Below are positions 1 to 7,898 of a stretch of 14,248 nt of DNA, piece after piece. Within the stretch, counting starts at the first letter, position 1, and each line of letters opens with the position of its first letter. The position numbers were made by a program, and so were the translations under genes. The notes under the pieces are model-generated. The model searched no databases. It was given only the letters and a program-made list of their open reading frames with translations, and was not told the origin of the DNA. Origin of the DNA: Deinococcaceae bacterium (lineage in GTDB: Bacteria > Deinococcota > Deinococci > Deinococcales > Trueperaceae). The stretch covers positions 1 to 14,248 of the forward strand of contig JBDZWC010000079.1 in the NCBI GenBank assembly GCA_040256005.1, written 5' to 3'.

Positions 1-600
1 CAGACCGCGATCAGCAACTTCGAGCGGTACAGGACCGAGCCCAACTTCCAGGATGTCGAGTGGCTGGTCGCACAGTGCGGGCTTCGCTTGACCGTGGTGC
101 TCGAACCCTATGTCTGGCCGAGCCTGCCAGCGGAGCCGTGGGCGCGTGGCATCGCCGAGCACCGGGAACGGCTACTCAACGCGGTCCACGAGCTCGGGAT
201 GTTCGATCCCAGCATCGTCGGGCCAGGGCCACCCAACTATCGTCCGCAACTGCTCGTGAGCGGAGATCCCACCGGGACGGGCACAACGAGCGAGCTGCGC
301 GCCACGTTGGACCGACGCATGCGAATCGACGCCGACGTCGTGGACCGCGCCACGGTTGGCGAGGCCAGGGGCCGCGGGCTCGCGCGCCGCGCCATCCCGC
401 TCGAACGCCCATCTCCCGGAGCAGGCTGGCGAGAGACACGCTTCAGGGAGAAGGGTGCGTACGTCGATGACCGCTGGTACGGCAGCGTGATCGACGGGGC
501 CCACGTGGACAGCGTTCGAGGCAGGCCCTCTATCTGGCAGTGGATTCGACCACCCGGCAGCCGCGCCAGGTCAACCCGCCGGTGGCCCAACGACCCATAG
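1..600 (+). CDS. 5'-truncated XRE-type HTH protein fused to a degenerate minimal-nucleotidyltransferase (MNT)-like domain
   Basis: Frame 1 is open from base 1: QTAISNFERYRTEPNFQDVEWLVAQCGLRL resembles the XRE recognition helix (Q..IS.yE.g...P). The following segment HRERLLNAVHELG...DVVDRA...AIPLE aligns by eye with the MNT at 2757..3083 but lacks its GS and DxD motifs. Stop TAG at 598-600. The true start lies upstream of the window. Confidence 0.7.
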   Translation, partial: QTAISNFERYRTEPNFQDVEWLVAQCGLRLTVVLEPYVWPSLPAEPWARGIAEHRERLLNAVHELGMFDPSIVGPGPPNYRPQLLVSGDPTGTGTTSELRATLDRRMRIDADVVDRATVGEARGRGLARRAIPLERPSPGAGWRETRFREKGAYVDDRWYGSVIDGAHVDSVRGRPSIWQWIRPPGSRARSTRRWPNDP

Positions 601-618
601 CTCGCCCTCTCGCGCCCA

Positions 619-639
619 TAGAATCTTGGTCATAGGAGG
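619..639 (+). promoter_or_regulatory. Putative -10 element (TAGAAT, 619-624) and Shine-Dalgarno (AGGAGG, 634-639) for the 646..2735 operon
   Basis: Near-consensus TAGAAT in an AT-richer patch. AGGAGG lies 6 nt before ATG 646. Confidence 0.6.
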
Positions 640-645
640 CCACCT

Positions 646-819
646 ATGGAGCAGAGCCGCGAGACGGTGGTGCCCGTCGATATGGCACGCCGCAGCGAAG
701 AGGTGCAGCGCGTTCACGTGGAGCCGGAGGACCGGCTGGCGTTCCGCGTCGGGGTCAACATCCTGACGCTGGCGCTGCTGGTGCTGGCCGGCTACCTGGT
801 CTGGCGCAACTTCTTCTAG
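646..819 (+). CDS. Small (57 aa) single-pass membrane protein, not in the ORF track
   Basis: Translation MEQSRETVVPVDMARRSEEVQRVHVEPEDRLAFRVGVNILTLALLVLAGYLVWRNFF*. Strong RBS, GC3-rich codons and a C-terminal hydrophobic helix. Its TAG (817-819) overlaps the GTG (819-821) of the next gene. Confidence 0.85.
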   Translation: MEQSRETVVPVDMARRSEEVQRVHVEPEDRLAFRVGVNILTLALLVLAGYLVWRNFF

Positions 820-2735
820 TGAGCTTCCTCGCCACCCTTTACCTCGTCGTCGCGCTTCTGCTGCTGGGCACACTGGCAGCGCGGAGCGTCGCGGCGAGGC
901 ACCGGGAGGTCATCTCGCTGACGTTCGGGTCCGCGGTGCGGCTGGTCGCCGGCCTCGGGCTGTTCGCGCTCATCCTCTACGCGACCGCTTACTTCCTGGG
1001 GTTGGTGGGCGGTTTCTACGAGTCGCTCACGTGCAAGGTCGTCACGCTGCCCTCGTGCGAGGACCCCCTCGCCCTGCCGGCGTGGCTGGCGCTGCCCGAG
1101 GCGAGCGTGGGTGGCGTCATAGGCATCTTGCCACTGCTGGGCATCTTCCTCGCCAAGGCGTTGCAGCCGAGAAGCGCCGCCGAGAAGGCGCGCGACGAGG
1201 AGGTCGCTTCTGCCGAGCGTGATGTCGCACAGGGCCGGGCCGGCGTCTTCGGCGCGGCGCGCGGAGCGGACGACCCCACCAGGACCCTCGGCACCAACTA
1301 CTTCGTCTTCGAGCGTGAAGGCGGGCTCGTCAGCGTCCTCTCCACCGACAAGCTGCCGCCTGGGCTCCAGCCGCAGCATCTGCTCGAGAAGGCGCGGGCC
1401 CCCAAGCCGCTCAGGGAGCGCATCGTCACGGGCGCAAGCGCCTGGTTGGCCGCCAACGCGGCGCTGATCGGCATCTTCCTCGTCGAGATGTGGCTGGCGT
1501 GGCTCCGCGGCGCCGCGGAGGCGGCAGACAGACAGGTGCGGCTGTCTCTCGGCCTGGACGCCGATCTGCCGGCCGCCTACCTCGGCGTCGCGCAGTGGGG
1601 CGCCGTCGTGCTGGCCCTCGGCCTCAGCGTCGTGGTCCTGTTCCTCGGCGTCATCGCGCGGTACGGGATCAAGGTCGCCGGGCGCGGCTTCGATGGGCTG
1701 CGGCAGGGCGCGGGCATCATCGACCTCATCGGCTCCTCGCTCAGCGTCTTCGCCAGCGGGCTGCGGCAGGGGTGGATCGTCTCGGCGATAACCATCGGGC
1801 GCACGGCTCTCAAGCTGCAGAGCGGCCTCACGCGGTTCTACGTCATGGCCGTCACGGCCATCGGGCGGGCGCTCCTTAAGTTCCAGAGCGGCGCGCAGAG
1901 CGCCTGGGCGTTCATGTCGATCCTCGTGGGCACGTACGTGCTGTTCCTGAGCCGAGTGTTCGGTCGCCTGTTCGCTTGGATCGGCACTTGGGGCAGGCGG
2001 CGTCCCCGCACTCCCGGCCTGGGCCCCGACGGCAACGGCGCGGCGCACGAGCCCGCCGCCGGGCGCCGAGGCGGTGGGGTGCTGGCGATCGCGCTTGCCA
2101 GCGCGATCGCCACGGGCGCCCACCAAGCGCATGCCACGACCACGTACGTCGTCCTGCAGGACGCGTCGGGTGGCGAGGAGTCGCGGTTGGAGGACGCCAA
2201 CCGCAAGGTGCTCAGTTGGGCGGACCCATCGCCGCAACTGGCGCTGCTCGAGCGCTCGGACAGGCTGATCGTCATCCCCGTGCGGGCACCGGGCGAACTG
2301 GACACCGTCTACGCGGCGCTGTTCAACGCCGAGTACCCGGGCAGCCAGCTAGACCGCTACGCGTTCTACGCGGAGCTACGCAACGTACTACCCAAGCAGG
2401 TCGACGAGAAGTGGGGCACGGGCTTGAGCGAGGCGCTGCGCACGGCGGCCCTCTACCTACGCGACGCCCCGCCGGACCACGAGAAGGTGCTCATCGTCTT
2501 CGGCAACGGTGAGGACCACTCGCCAGATCCCGTGACGGCCGAGGACCTCGGCTCGGCGCTCGAAGGCGCGATCGTGGTGAGGCTCAACGCGGGCCTGGAA
2601 GAGTTGGACCGCTGGACTGAGCTATACGACGCGGCAGGGGCGGAGGCGCAGATCGTCTACGACCAGGCCGCCACGCGGCTCCTCACGGTCACCGAGCTGA
2701 GCGCGGCGCTTCAGCGGGCAACCGATCAGCGATGA
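819..2735 (+). CDS. Polytopic membrane protein (638 aa) with C-terminal vWA-like domain
   Basis: Several hydrophobic segments in the first ~440 aa. The C-terminal ~200 aa carry vWA-like elements in the expected order: YVVLQDASGG (DxSxS-like), GTGLSEAL, KVLIVFGNGED. Strong GC3 bias and translational coupling to the upstream small ORF. Confidence 0.8.
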   Translation: MSFLATLYLVVALLLLGTLAARSVAARHREVISLTFGSAVRLVAGLGLFALILYATAYFLGLVGGFYESLTCKVVTLPSCEDPLALPAWLALPEASVGGVIGILPLLGIFLAKALQPRSAAEKARDEEVASAERDVAQGRAGVFGAARGADDPTRTLGTNYFVFEREGGLVSVLSTDKLPPGLQPQHLLEKARAPKPLRERIVTGASAWLAANAALIGIFLVEMWLAWLRGAAEAADRQVRLSLGLDADLPAAYLGVAQWGAVVLALGLSVVVLFLGVIARYGIKVAGRGFDGLRQGAGIIDLIGSSLSVFASGLRQGWIVSAITIGRTALKLQSGLTRFYVMAVTAIGRALLKFQSGAQSAWAFMSILVGTYVLFLSRVFGRLFAWIGTWGRRRPRTPGLGPDGNGAAHEPAAGRRGGGVLAIALASAIATGAHQAHATTTYVVLQDASGGEESRLEDANRKVLSWADPSPQLALLERSDRLIVIPVRAPGELDTVYAALFNAEYPGSQLDRYAFYAELRNVLPKQVDEKWGTGLSEALRTAALYLRDAPPDHEKVLIVFGNGEDHSPDPVTAEDLGSALEGAIVVRLNAGLEELDRWTELYDAAGAEAQIVYDQAATRLLTVTELSAALQRATDQR

Positions 2736-2756
2736 CGGGGCATCGATATTACTGAT

Positions 2757-3083
2757 ATGGAGGAACCCAAGGGACTGCCTTCCTCCGCTACCGGGCTACT
2801 CCTGCGGGAGAAGCGGCAGGAACTACTGGCCGCCGCCGAGCGATGTGGCGCCAGGCAAGTCCGCGTCTTCGGTAGCGTGGCCCGAGGCGATGACAGCTCC
2901 AGCAGTGACGTGGACTTCATAGTCGACCTAGAACCCAACGTGGGCCTCGTGGGCTTGAGTCGCCTCGAAGAGGAGTTCGAGCGGATCCTGAGCCGGAAGG
3001 TCGACGTAGTCCCCAGGGCTGGGTTGAAAACTGGGATACGCGACGAGATCCTACGCGAGGCCATCCCACTTGAGTCGGCGTGA
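2757..3083 (+). CDS. Minimal nucleotidyltransferase (MNT/MntA-type antitoxin of HEPN-MNT TA systems)
   Basis: 108 aa containing VRVFGSVARGDDSSSSDVDFIVD (GS-x10-DxD) and KVDVV, ending EAIPL. Followed by a HEPN remnant. Confidence 0.92.
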   Translation: MEEPKGLPSSATGLLLREKRQELLAAAERCGARQVRVFGSVARGDDSSSSDVDFIVDLEPNVGLVGLSRLEEEFERILSRKVDVVPRAGLKTGIRDEILREAIPLESA

Positions 3084-3248
3084 CCTACAGCGACTCGAGG
3101 ACATCGCCTCCGCGGTCATAGCGCCAAGATGCGCGACCAGTTAACGCACCGCTACTTCGGTACCGACATCGCGATCATCGGGGCCACGGTCGACAACGGC
3201 CTTCGCCCGCTCAGAGGCGCGGTCGAGCGCCTGAAGGCCCGGCCCTAG
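3070..3248 (+). pseudogene. HEPN (DUF86/HepT-type) toxin remnant with internal deletion and frameshift
   Basis: TTG 3070 overlaps the MNT end and reads MSRRDLQRLEDIASAVIA (DUF86-like N-terminus), hitting TAA at 3142-3144. A different frame (3129-3248) reads MRDQLTHRYFGTDIAIIGATVDNGLRPLRGAVERL, containing RX4HXY. The total is 179 nt, about half a typical ~110-aa HEPN gene. Confidence 0.85.
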
Positions 3249-3270
3249 ACCCCGCCTCACGAACGAGCCC

Positions 3271-3283
3271 TAGGCTCGATCCA
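3271..3283 (+). promoter_or_regulatory. Putative leaderless promoter: -10 TAGGCT 6 nt before ATG 3283
   Basis: TANNNT hexamer at 3271-3276, 6-nt spacer, then ATG with no Shine-Dalgarno. This geometry is typical of leaderless mRNAs in Deinococcota and Actinobacteria. Confidence 0.55.
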
Positions 3284-3846
3284 TGAACGAGACGACTCTG
3301 ATCGAAGGCGCCGGCACCCTCACGCGCACGCCGGGCGGGCCGTACGTGGTCAGGTTCGTGCGGGCGTACGACCGGCCCGTCGAGGACCTGTGGGAGGCGA
3401 TCACCGAGCCAGAGCTCCTCGACACCTGGTACCCCACGAAGTTGAGGACAGACGGCGTGGTCGGTAACCCCGTGACCGAGACCTTCGAGAGCACCGACGG
3501 CACCCCGCCCGAGCCCACTCCCCCGAGCACGCTCACCGCCTACGACCCGCCGCACGTCTTCGAGTACCGCGTCCACGGCCCCGCCGAGGCCGAGTACCCC
3601 GGCATGATCGGCGAGCAACTCATCCGCATGGAGGCGAGCCGCGGTGGGCACGACGACGAGAGCGTGCTGACCTTCACCCACGAGATCCAGGCGCTGGAGG
3701 GAGCGCTGGACGTGCTGGCCGGCTGGCACTACTGCCTCGAGTTCCTCGCCCTGCAGATGGGCGCCCCTGGCGAGCCGACCGAGGAGAACGCCCAGCGCTA
3801 CAAGGCGTACTACCAGGAGACGTACGGGAGTGGGGCGCGACCCTAG
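3283..3846 (+). CDS. SRPBCC / AHSA1-like (START-fold) domain protein
   Basis: Motifs VRFVRAYDRPVEDLWEAITEPELLDTWYP, YDPPHVFEY, LTFTH and AGWHYCLEFL match the family pattern. Confidence 0.9.
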   Translation: MNETTLIEGAGTLTRTPGGPYVVRFVRAYDRPVEDLWEAITEPELLDTWYPTKLRTDGVVGNPVTETFESTDGTPPEPTPPSTLTAYDPPHVFEYRVHGPAEAEYPGMIGEQLIRMEASRGGHDDESVLTFTHEIQALEGALDVLAGWHYCLEFLALQMGAPGEPTEENAQRYKAYYQETYGSGARP

Positions 3847-3883
3847 CGGGCGGAACCAGGGGCGCGGCCCCGTAACAGAACCC

Positions 3884-5836
3884 CTAGTACACCTGCTCCC
3901 TCTGGCCGAAGCTGAACGCTCGCACGTCCTTCACGCGGTCGAGGCCGATCGTCGGGAAGAACGGCGGCGACACGTTCGAGTACATGCGCGGGTCGTAGGT
4001 GAACGTCCGGTTGTAGCCGTGCGTCTGCTCACCGGTGCGCGAGTTGAACGTCCCGAAGGCGCCGTAGTAGTTCTCGATGATCCCGCCCAGCAGGTTCACC
4101 GAGCCGCGGGTCGAGCCCTCGTCGTAGTCCTCGACAGTTACGCGGCCCTCCGAGCTCATCAGCACGCCGTTGATGTGGATGTCGTTTGGCGCGTTGTACG
4201 AGGTGCGGCCGTGTTGGTTGCCGATGACCACGTCCGCGGTCTGCGTGTACAGACCGAAGACGTTCAAAGCGTCGAGGTCGTTACAGGTGGCGGGGGTCAC
4301 CGTGCCGTTGTTCTCGCGGTGCGGCGCCGAGCTGCAGGGCGGGTCCTCGTACTTGATGTCCTGCGTGATGCGCACCTGGTCCTCGGTCGCCAGCGTCATC
4401 TGCGTGAAGTGAGCTATGGCGGGCGGGGCGGACCCAGGGTCGTTCAGCGACGGGCGGGCCGGGCCCCCGAACCTGAGAGTCTCGCCGTCCACGAATATGA
4501 CCCCGTTGAACCTGGTGATGGGCACGCCGGCGGCGTTCAAAGCCGTCACCCAGTTGCCGGAGCTATCTTCCACCTCGAGCAGTCCGGACTCATGCACGCG
4601 GTAGCGGATCGTGTCGCCGTCTTCATCACAGTAGTAGAAGTCGATGTCGTCGCATTCGACGGCCTCGATGTACTGGTAGACCGCCCGCGGCCCCCACTCG
4701 CCGTTGACCTTCTGAAGCGGGTTGCCGTTCGCGTCCGCGGCCCACAACGTCAGCCGGGAGAGGTCGACGCCGTTCCCGAAGTGGATACCGGCGTTCAGCG
4801 CCTCGTTCTCCTGCTCGAAGGAGTTCCGCGGCAACGGGATGTACTCGGACTGCCAGTCCACGCCGCCGGTGAGCTCCGGTTCGTTGCGAGGGTTGTTGCC
4901 GAACGACGGGTTGGGCCCCAGGTTTGTGCGGAGGGTGTCCGGAGCGTCCATGAAGTACGCGCCGTAGGTGTGCCGCGTGCAGTACTCCTCGTCGTAGCCC
5001 GTCGAGGGGTTCTCCCTGACGTCCCTACGGTTCGTGGGGCAGCCGGCGGACGTCACCTTGTGCCCGAACCACGGGTTGGCGAAGAAGCGGAAGTACTCGT
5101 TGGTGTGGACCGGCCCGTCGAACAACGTCTTGTCGGTGAACCAGACGTCGCTGCCGCCGGCGGAGGTGCGGTGCACGTTGGTGAACAGGGCGTACTGGGC
5201 GAACGTGACCCGCCCGACGGTGAAGCGGTACTCGCCTTGCAGCACGACGTTGCGCTTGTACTCGTTGAACTCGGCCTCGGAGACCATCACGAAGGGGATG
5301 GCGTACTCCTGATCGGCCGGCCTGGGCGCGCCGGCGACGAACCTGCCCTGCGGCAGCGAGACCCCCTGAGGCAGTCCCACACCGCACGCCGTGGAGGTGA
5401 CGTAGACGCGCACGGAGACGGAGGCTCCGGGTTGCATCTCGTCGAGGGTGTCGCCGCAGAGCAGCGCGTCTATGTCGCGTTGCAGCTCGCTGGCGACCGC
5501 GTTCACGCCGGTCAGGTCCGCCACGACGGAGCCGGGAGAAGGAGCCGGGTTGCTGCACGACCCTTGCCCGAACGACCAGCAGGTGGTCGTGCTTGAGCGC
5601 ACGTTGACGATGGCGTCCAAGGCGTCGCGGATGGAGCCCGTGAGGAGGGCACCGCCCATGTTGGCGCCCCCGCGAGCCAGGAGCAGGGTCTGAACGATGG
5701 CGGCGTCGTCCCTGCTGTGCCGCATCTCGTTGATGGTGCGGGCGAACAGCAGCGTGCCTATCCCCGCCACCACGACCATGGTCAGGAGCGCGAGGAGCAT
5801 CGCCACGCCGCTCTGCCGTCTGTTGCTTACGAGCAC
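3884..5836 (-). CDS. Large PilX-like minor pilin with big C-terminal domain (DUF4900-like), cassette A, 650 aa
   Basis: Class III signal RRQSG|VAMLLALLTMVVVAGIG lacks Glu5, as in PilX/GspK. Motifs FAQYALFTN, WFTDKTLFDGPVHTN and FTYDPRM...PPFFP recall Deinococcota DUF4900 proteins (from memory). GTG start overlaps the upstream stop. Confidence 0.85.
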   Translation of the reverse strand: MLVSNRRQSGVAMLLALLTMVVVAGIGTLLFARTINEMRHSRDDAAIVQTLLLARGGANMGGALLTGSIRDALDAIVNVRSSTTTCWSFGQGSCSNPAPSPGSVVADLTGVNAVASELQRDIDALLCGDTLDEMQPGASVSVRVYVTSTACGVGLPQGVSLPQGRFVAGAPRPADQEYAIPFVMVSEAEFNEYKRNVVLQGEYRFTVGRVTFAQYALFTNVHRTSAGGSDVWFTDKTLFDGPVHTNEYFRFFANPWFGHKVTSAGCPTNRRDVRENPSTGYDEEYCTRHTYGAYFMDAPDTLRTNLGPNPSFGNNPRNEPELTGGVDWQSEYIPLPRNSFEQENEALNAGIHFGNGVDLSRLTLWAADANGNPLQKVNGEWGPRAVYQYIEAVECDDIDFYYCDEDGDTIRYRVHESGLLEVEDSSGNWVTALNAAGVPITRFNGVIFVDGETLRFGGPARPSLNDPGSAPPAIAHFTQMTLATEDQVRITQDIKYEDPPCSSAPHRENNGTVTPATCNDLDALNVFGLYTQTADVVIGNQHGRTSYNAPNDIHINGVLMSSEGRVTVEDYDEGSTRGSVNLLGGIIENYYGAFGTFNSRTGEQTHGYNRTFTYDPRMYSNVSPPFFPTIGLDRVKDVRAFSFGQREQVY

Positions 5837-6705
5837 GATGACACCGCCTTGACGCTGAACGACTGGTTCGAGGCGAGGTCGACCTGGCTCACGTAGTTGC
5901 GCGAGACGTCACCGGTCATCGACCGCCCTTCGCCGTCGAGCTGGACCTGGAGCCTCACCAGCTCGACCTCTTCGCCGCCGATAGTCGCGTTCCGCGCGGG
6001 ATGGCCGTCGACGCGGATGGGGCCGTCCAGCACGTGGAGCGTGCCGTCCGCCTCCCGGTAGACGTAGCCGATGGTCACGTCCGACAGGTCGAACGCCAAA
6101 GGCCTCTCCCCCGTGCTGCCCTCGGTGAGGTAGAGGATGTCGTCGTCCGGGTCGTAGCGCAGCCCGAGCGTCTTGACCCTGAAGAGCAACGCGTTGCGGT
6201 TCCGCAGCGTGGAGTCGGCGGCGACCATGCCGTCGAAACAGGACGATCCGGTGGGCACCACGTCGAACACGCCGGCCGAGGCTGTGGCCTGCGGGTTGCT
6301 CGCCAGCTCGAAGATGGCGGCGGTACCGCCCGCGTCCACCACCATCACCTGGTCACCGTCGACGGCGATGCCGGGCCCGGTGTCGTTCACGACCGACAAG
6401 CGGTTGTTGGCGACGTCGATGGCCGAGACCTGGTAGCCGGCGCCGCCGTCGAGCAGGGTGAACGACACGCTGTGCTCGTCGGAGGCGTACGGGTGATCGG
6501 ACACCGCACCCAGAACGGCGCTGCGCAGCTCCTGTGTGTAGACCTCGGCCACGCGCCTCAGGCGCGCCTGGGTGGAGGTGACCGCCTCCTGGGTGGACTG
6601 CACGCGCAGGCCCTGGCTTATGGCGGCGTACGCGATGGCGATGAGGATGCCGAGGATCGCGATAGCGATGAGCACCTCGATGAGCGAGAGACCCTGCCTG
6701 CGCAT
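5827..6705 (-). CDS. PilW-like minor pilin (prepilin N-terminal cleavage/methylation), cassette A, 292 aa
   Basis: MRRQG|LSLIEVLIAIAILGILIAIAY. Start reassigned from 6780 to ATG 6705, which overlaps the upstream TGA (TGATG). Confidence 0.9.
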   Translation of the reverse strand: MRRQGLSLIEVLIAIAILGILIAIAYAAISQGLRVQSTQEAVTSTQARLRRVAEVYTQELRSAVLGAVSDHPYASDEHSVSFTLLDGGAGYQVSAIDVANNRLSVVNDTGPGIAVDGDQVMVVDAGGTAAIFELASNPQATASAGVFDVVPTGSSCFDGMVAADSTLRNRNALLFRVKTLGLRYDPDDDILYLTEGSTGERPLAFDLSDVTIGYVYREADGTLHVLDGPIRVDGHPARNATIGGEEVELVRLQVQLDGEGRSMTGDVSRNYVSQVDLASNQSFSVKAVSSCS

Positions 6706-7238
6706 CAGTTGATCCCCGGCAGTCCGCCGCCGCCGGCCGCCGCGCTGGGTTCCACGCCGGCGGTGAAGCCCGTCAGGCACCTTTCACCGCTCTCCCCCGT
6801 GGCGCCGGTGCAGACGACGATCTCGTAGCGCACGGCCGCCGCCCCCGCCAACGACACCTCACCGAGGTTGGTGATCGTCGCTCGGTAGAGCCCGGGCTCC
6901 GAGACGCCGTCGCCCGTCAGCTCCGGGAAGCTGGCACCCAGCTCCCCGTAGTCCCACTCGAGGGGCGAGTCCTCGTGGGCGAGGACCGAGGCGTCGGCGC
7001 CGGCCACGCGCCGCCCGAGGGAGTTGAGGAGTTGAGCGCTCTGCGTGCGCCTGCCAGCATCCGCGTTGTTCCTGATGCTGCTCACGTACGTGGTCACGAC
7101 CGCCGCTGTGACGATGGCGATGACGACCAGGGCGATGATGACCTCGACGACCGTCAGGCCCGACTCGCGGTGAGTAGCGCGAGTGGCACTCACGGTGGAG
7201 GCTATGGCCCGCACGCAACGGCCCCCCTGCGGCCTCAT
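6705..7238 (-). CDS. PilV-like minor pilin, cassette A
   Basis: HRESG|LTVVEVIIALVVIAIV with a C-terminal Cys pair. ATGA overlap with the upstream gene. GTG at 7214 is an alternative start. Confidence 0.88.
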   Translation of the reverse strand: MRPQGGRCVRAIASTVSATRATHRESGLTVVEVIIALVVIAIVTAAVVTTYVSSIRNNADAGRRTQSAQLLNSLGRRVAGADASVLAHEDSPLEWDYGELGASFPELTGDGVSEPGLYRATITNLGEVSLAGAAAVRYEIVVCTGATGESGERCLTGFTAGVEPSAAAGGGGLPGIN

Positions 7239-7681
7239 TGCGTCACCGCTCTCACTTCGCCGATGAGCGAGACGACCAGCGCAGTGGTGCGGCCGTTCGC
7301 GGTCACCGTGAGAGGGTTCGGGAGTGCGTCGAGGGTGTCGACGTCCAGCCTGCCTGGCGGCAGGAAGTCCAGCGACTGCCCATCGCCCCAGTTGGTGCTG
7401 ACGCCGGAGGGCAGTTCGAACCGGCGCAGCGGTATGCCCGCAGCAGTGTCGGTCAACGTGAAGACGTCGCCGGTCCTGGTGAGGCGGGTGACCACCCCGC
7501 GGGCCGCCGCCGCGGTGGCGCCTTGCCAGACCGACTGCTGCAGCGAGGTGACCGCGGCCCTGGCCTCCTGGCCCTGCAGGACGCGGCGCCCGTTGAGCGC
7601 CACCATGGCGGCGATGACAGCGATCACCGCCACGACGATAAGGATCTCGAGAAGGGTGAGCCCGAAATAGCTGCGCAACAT
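7235..7681 (-). CDS. FimT/FimU/GspH-like minor pilin, first gene of cassette A, 148 aa
   Basis: SYFG|LTLLEILIVVAVIAVIAAM and C-terminal VSLIGEV. GGAGG lies 5 nt before ATG 7681, favouring it over ATG 7693. Confidence 0.88.
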   Translation of the reverse strand: MLRSYFGLTLLEILIVVAVIAVIAAMVALNGRRVLQGQEARAAVTSLQQSVWQGATAAAARGVVTRLTRTGDVFTLTDTAAGIPLRRFELPSGVSTNWGDGQSLDFLPPGRLDVDTLDALPNPLTVTANGRTTALVVSLIGEVRAVTQ

Positions 7682-7749
7682 CCCCACCTCCATCGGGGGG
7701 GCTGAAGAAGACTCCGGGCGGGACCTCGGGCTGGGCGGACTGCCACGCG

Positions 7750-7806
7750 AACCTTACAAGCCCCTTACAGGACGCCAGTCGTTCTTCATGTAATTCTCAT
7801 TGGATT
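7750..7806 (-). promoter_or_regulatory. Upstream motif of cassette A: GTAAG-N6-GTAAGGTT (7750-7768) and AATCnnATGAGAA (7794-7806)
   Basis: The same two motifs occur upstream of cassette B. TAAGGT fits a TANNNT -10, about 70 nt from the start codon. Confidence 0.6.
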
Positions 7807-7898
7807 CTGCTGCCGACGCGGTGCTCTTGAACACACCTTATTGGGGGGTATCTCACAATCCTCGGCGAACTGCGCCCGATCGACGCGCCGCAGGGGTC

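Noticed and set aside
816..2237. 473-aa minus-strand ORF
   Set aside because: Antisense shadow of the 638-aa gene, a common high-GC artefact. Arg/Ala-rich with no motifs.
3070..3248. Programmed frameshift producing a functional mini-HEPN
   Set aside because: No slippery sequence is evident, and the central helices of the fold are missing regardless of frame.
3859..3871. GGGGC-GCG-GCCCC hairpin between convergent genes
   Set aside because: A 5-bp stem with no U-tract is too weak to call a terminator.
3830..5596. 588-aa plus-strand ORF, and similar ORFs at 6001..6828, 6975..7670 and 12965..13612
   Set aside because: Antisense to well-supported pilin genes, with no recognisable domains or RBS.
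7695..7701. G7 tract just upstream of cassette A as a phase-variation switch (also G6 at 7843-7848)
   Set aside because: Too short to be notable in high-GC DNA, and not within a CDS or a defined promoter spacer.
7842..7857. CRP-like site TGGGG-N6-TCACA
   Set aside because: Left half-site is poor, and the counterpart upstream of cassette B (AATGA-N6-TCTCA) is weaker. Not supportable without a genome-wide model.
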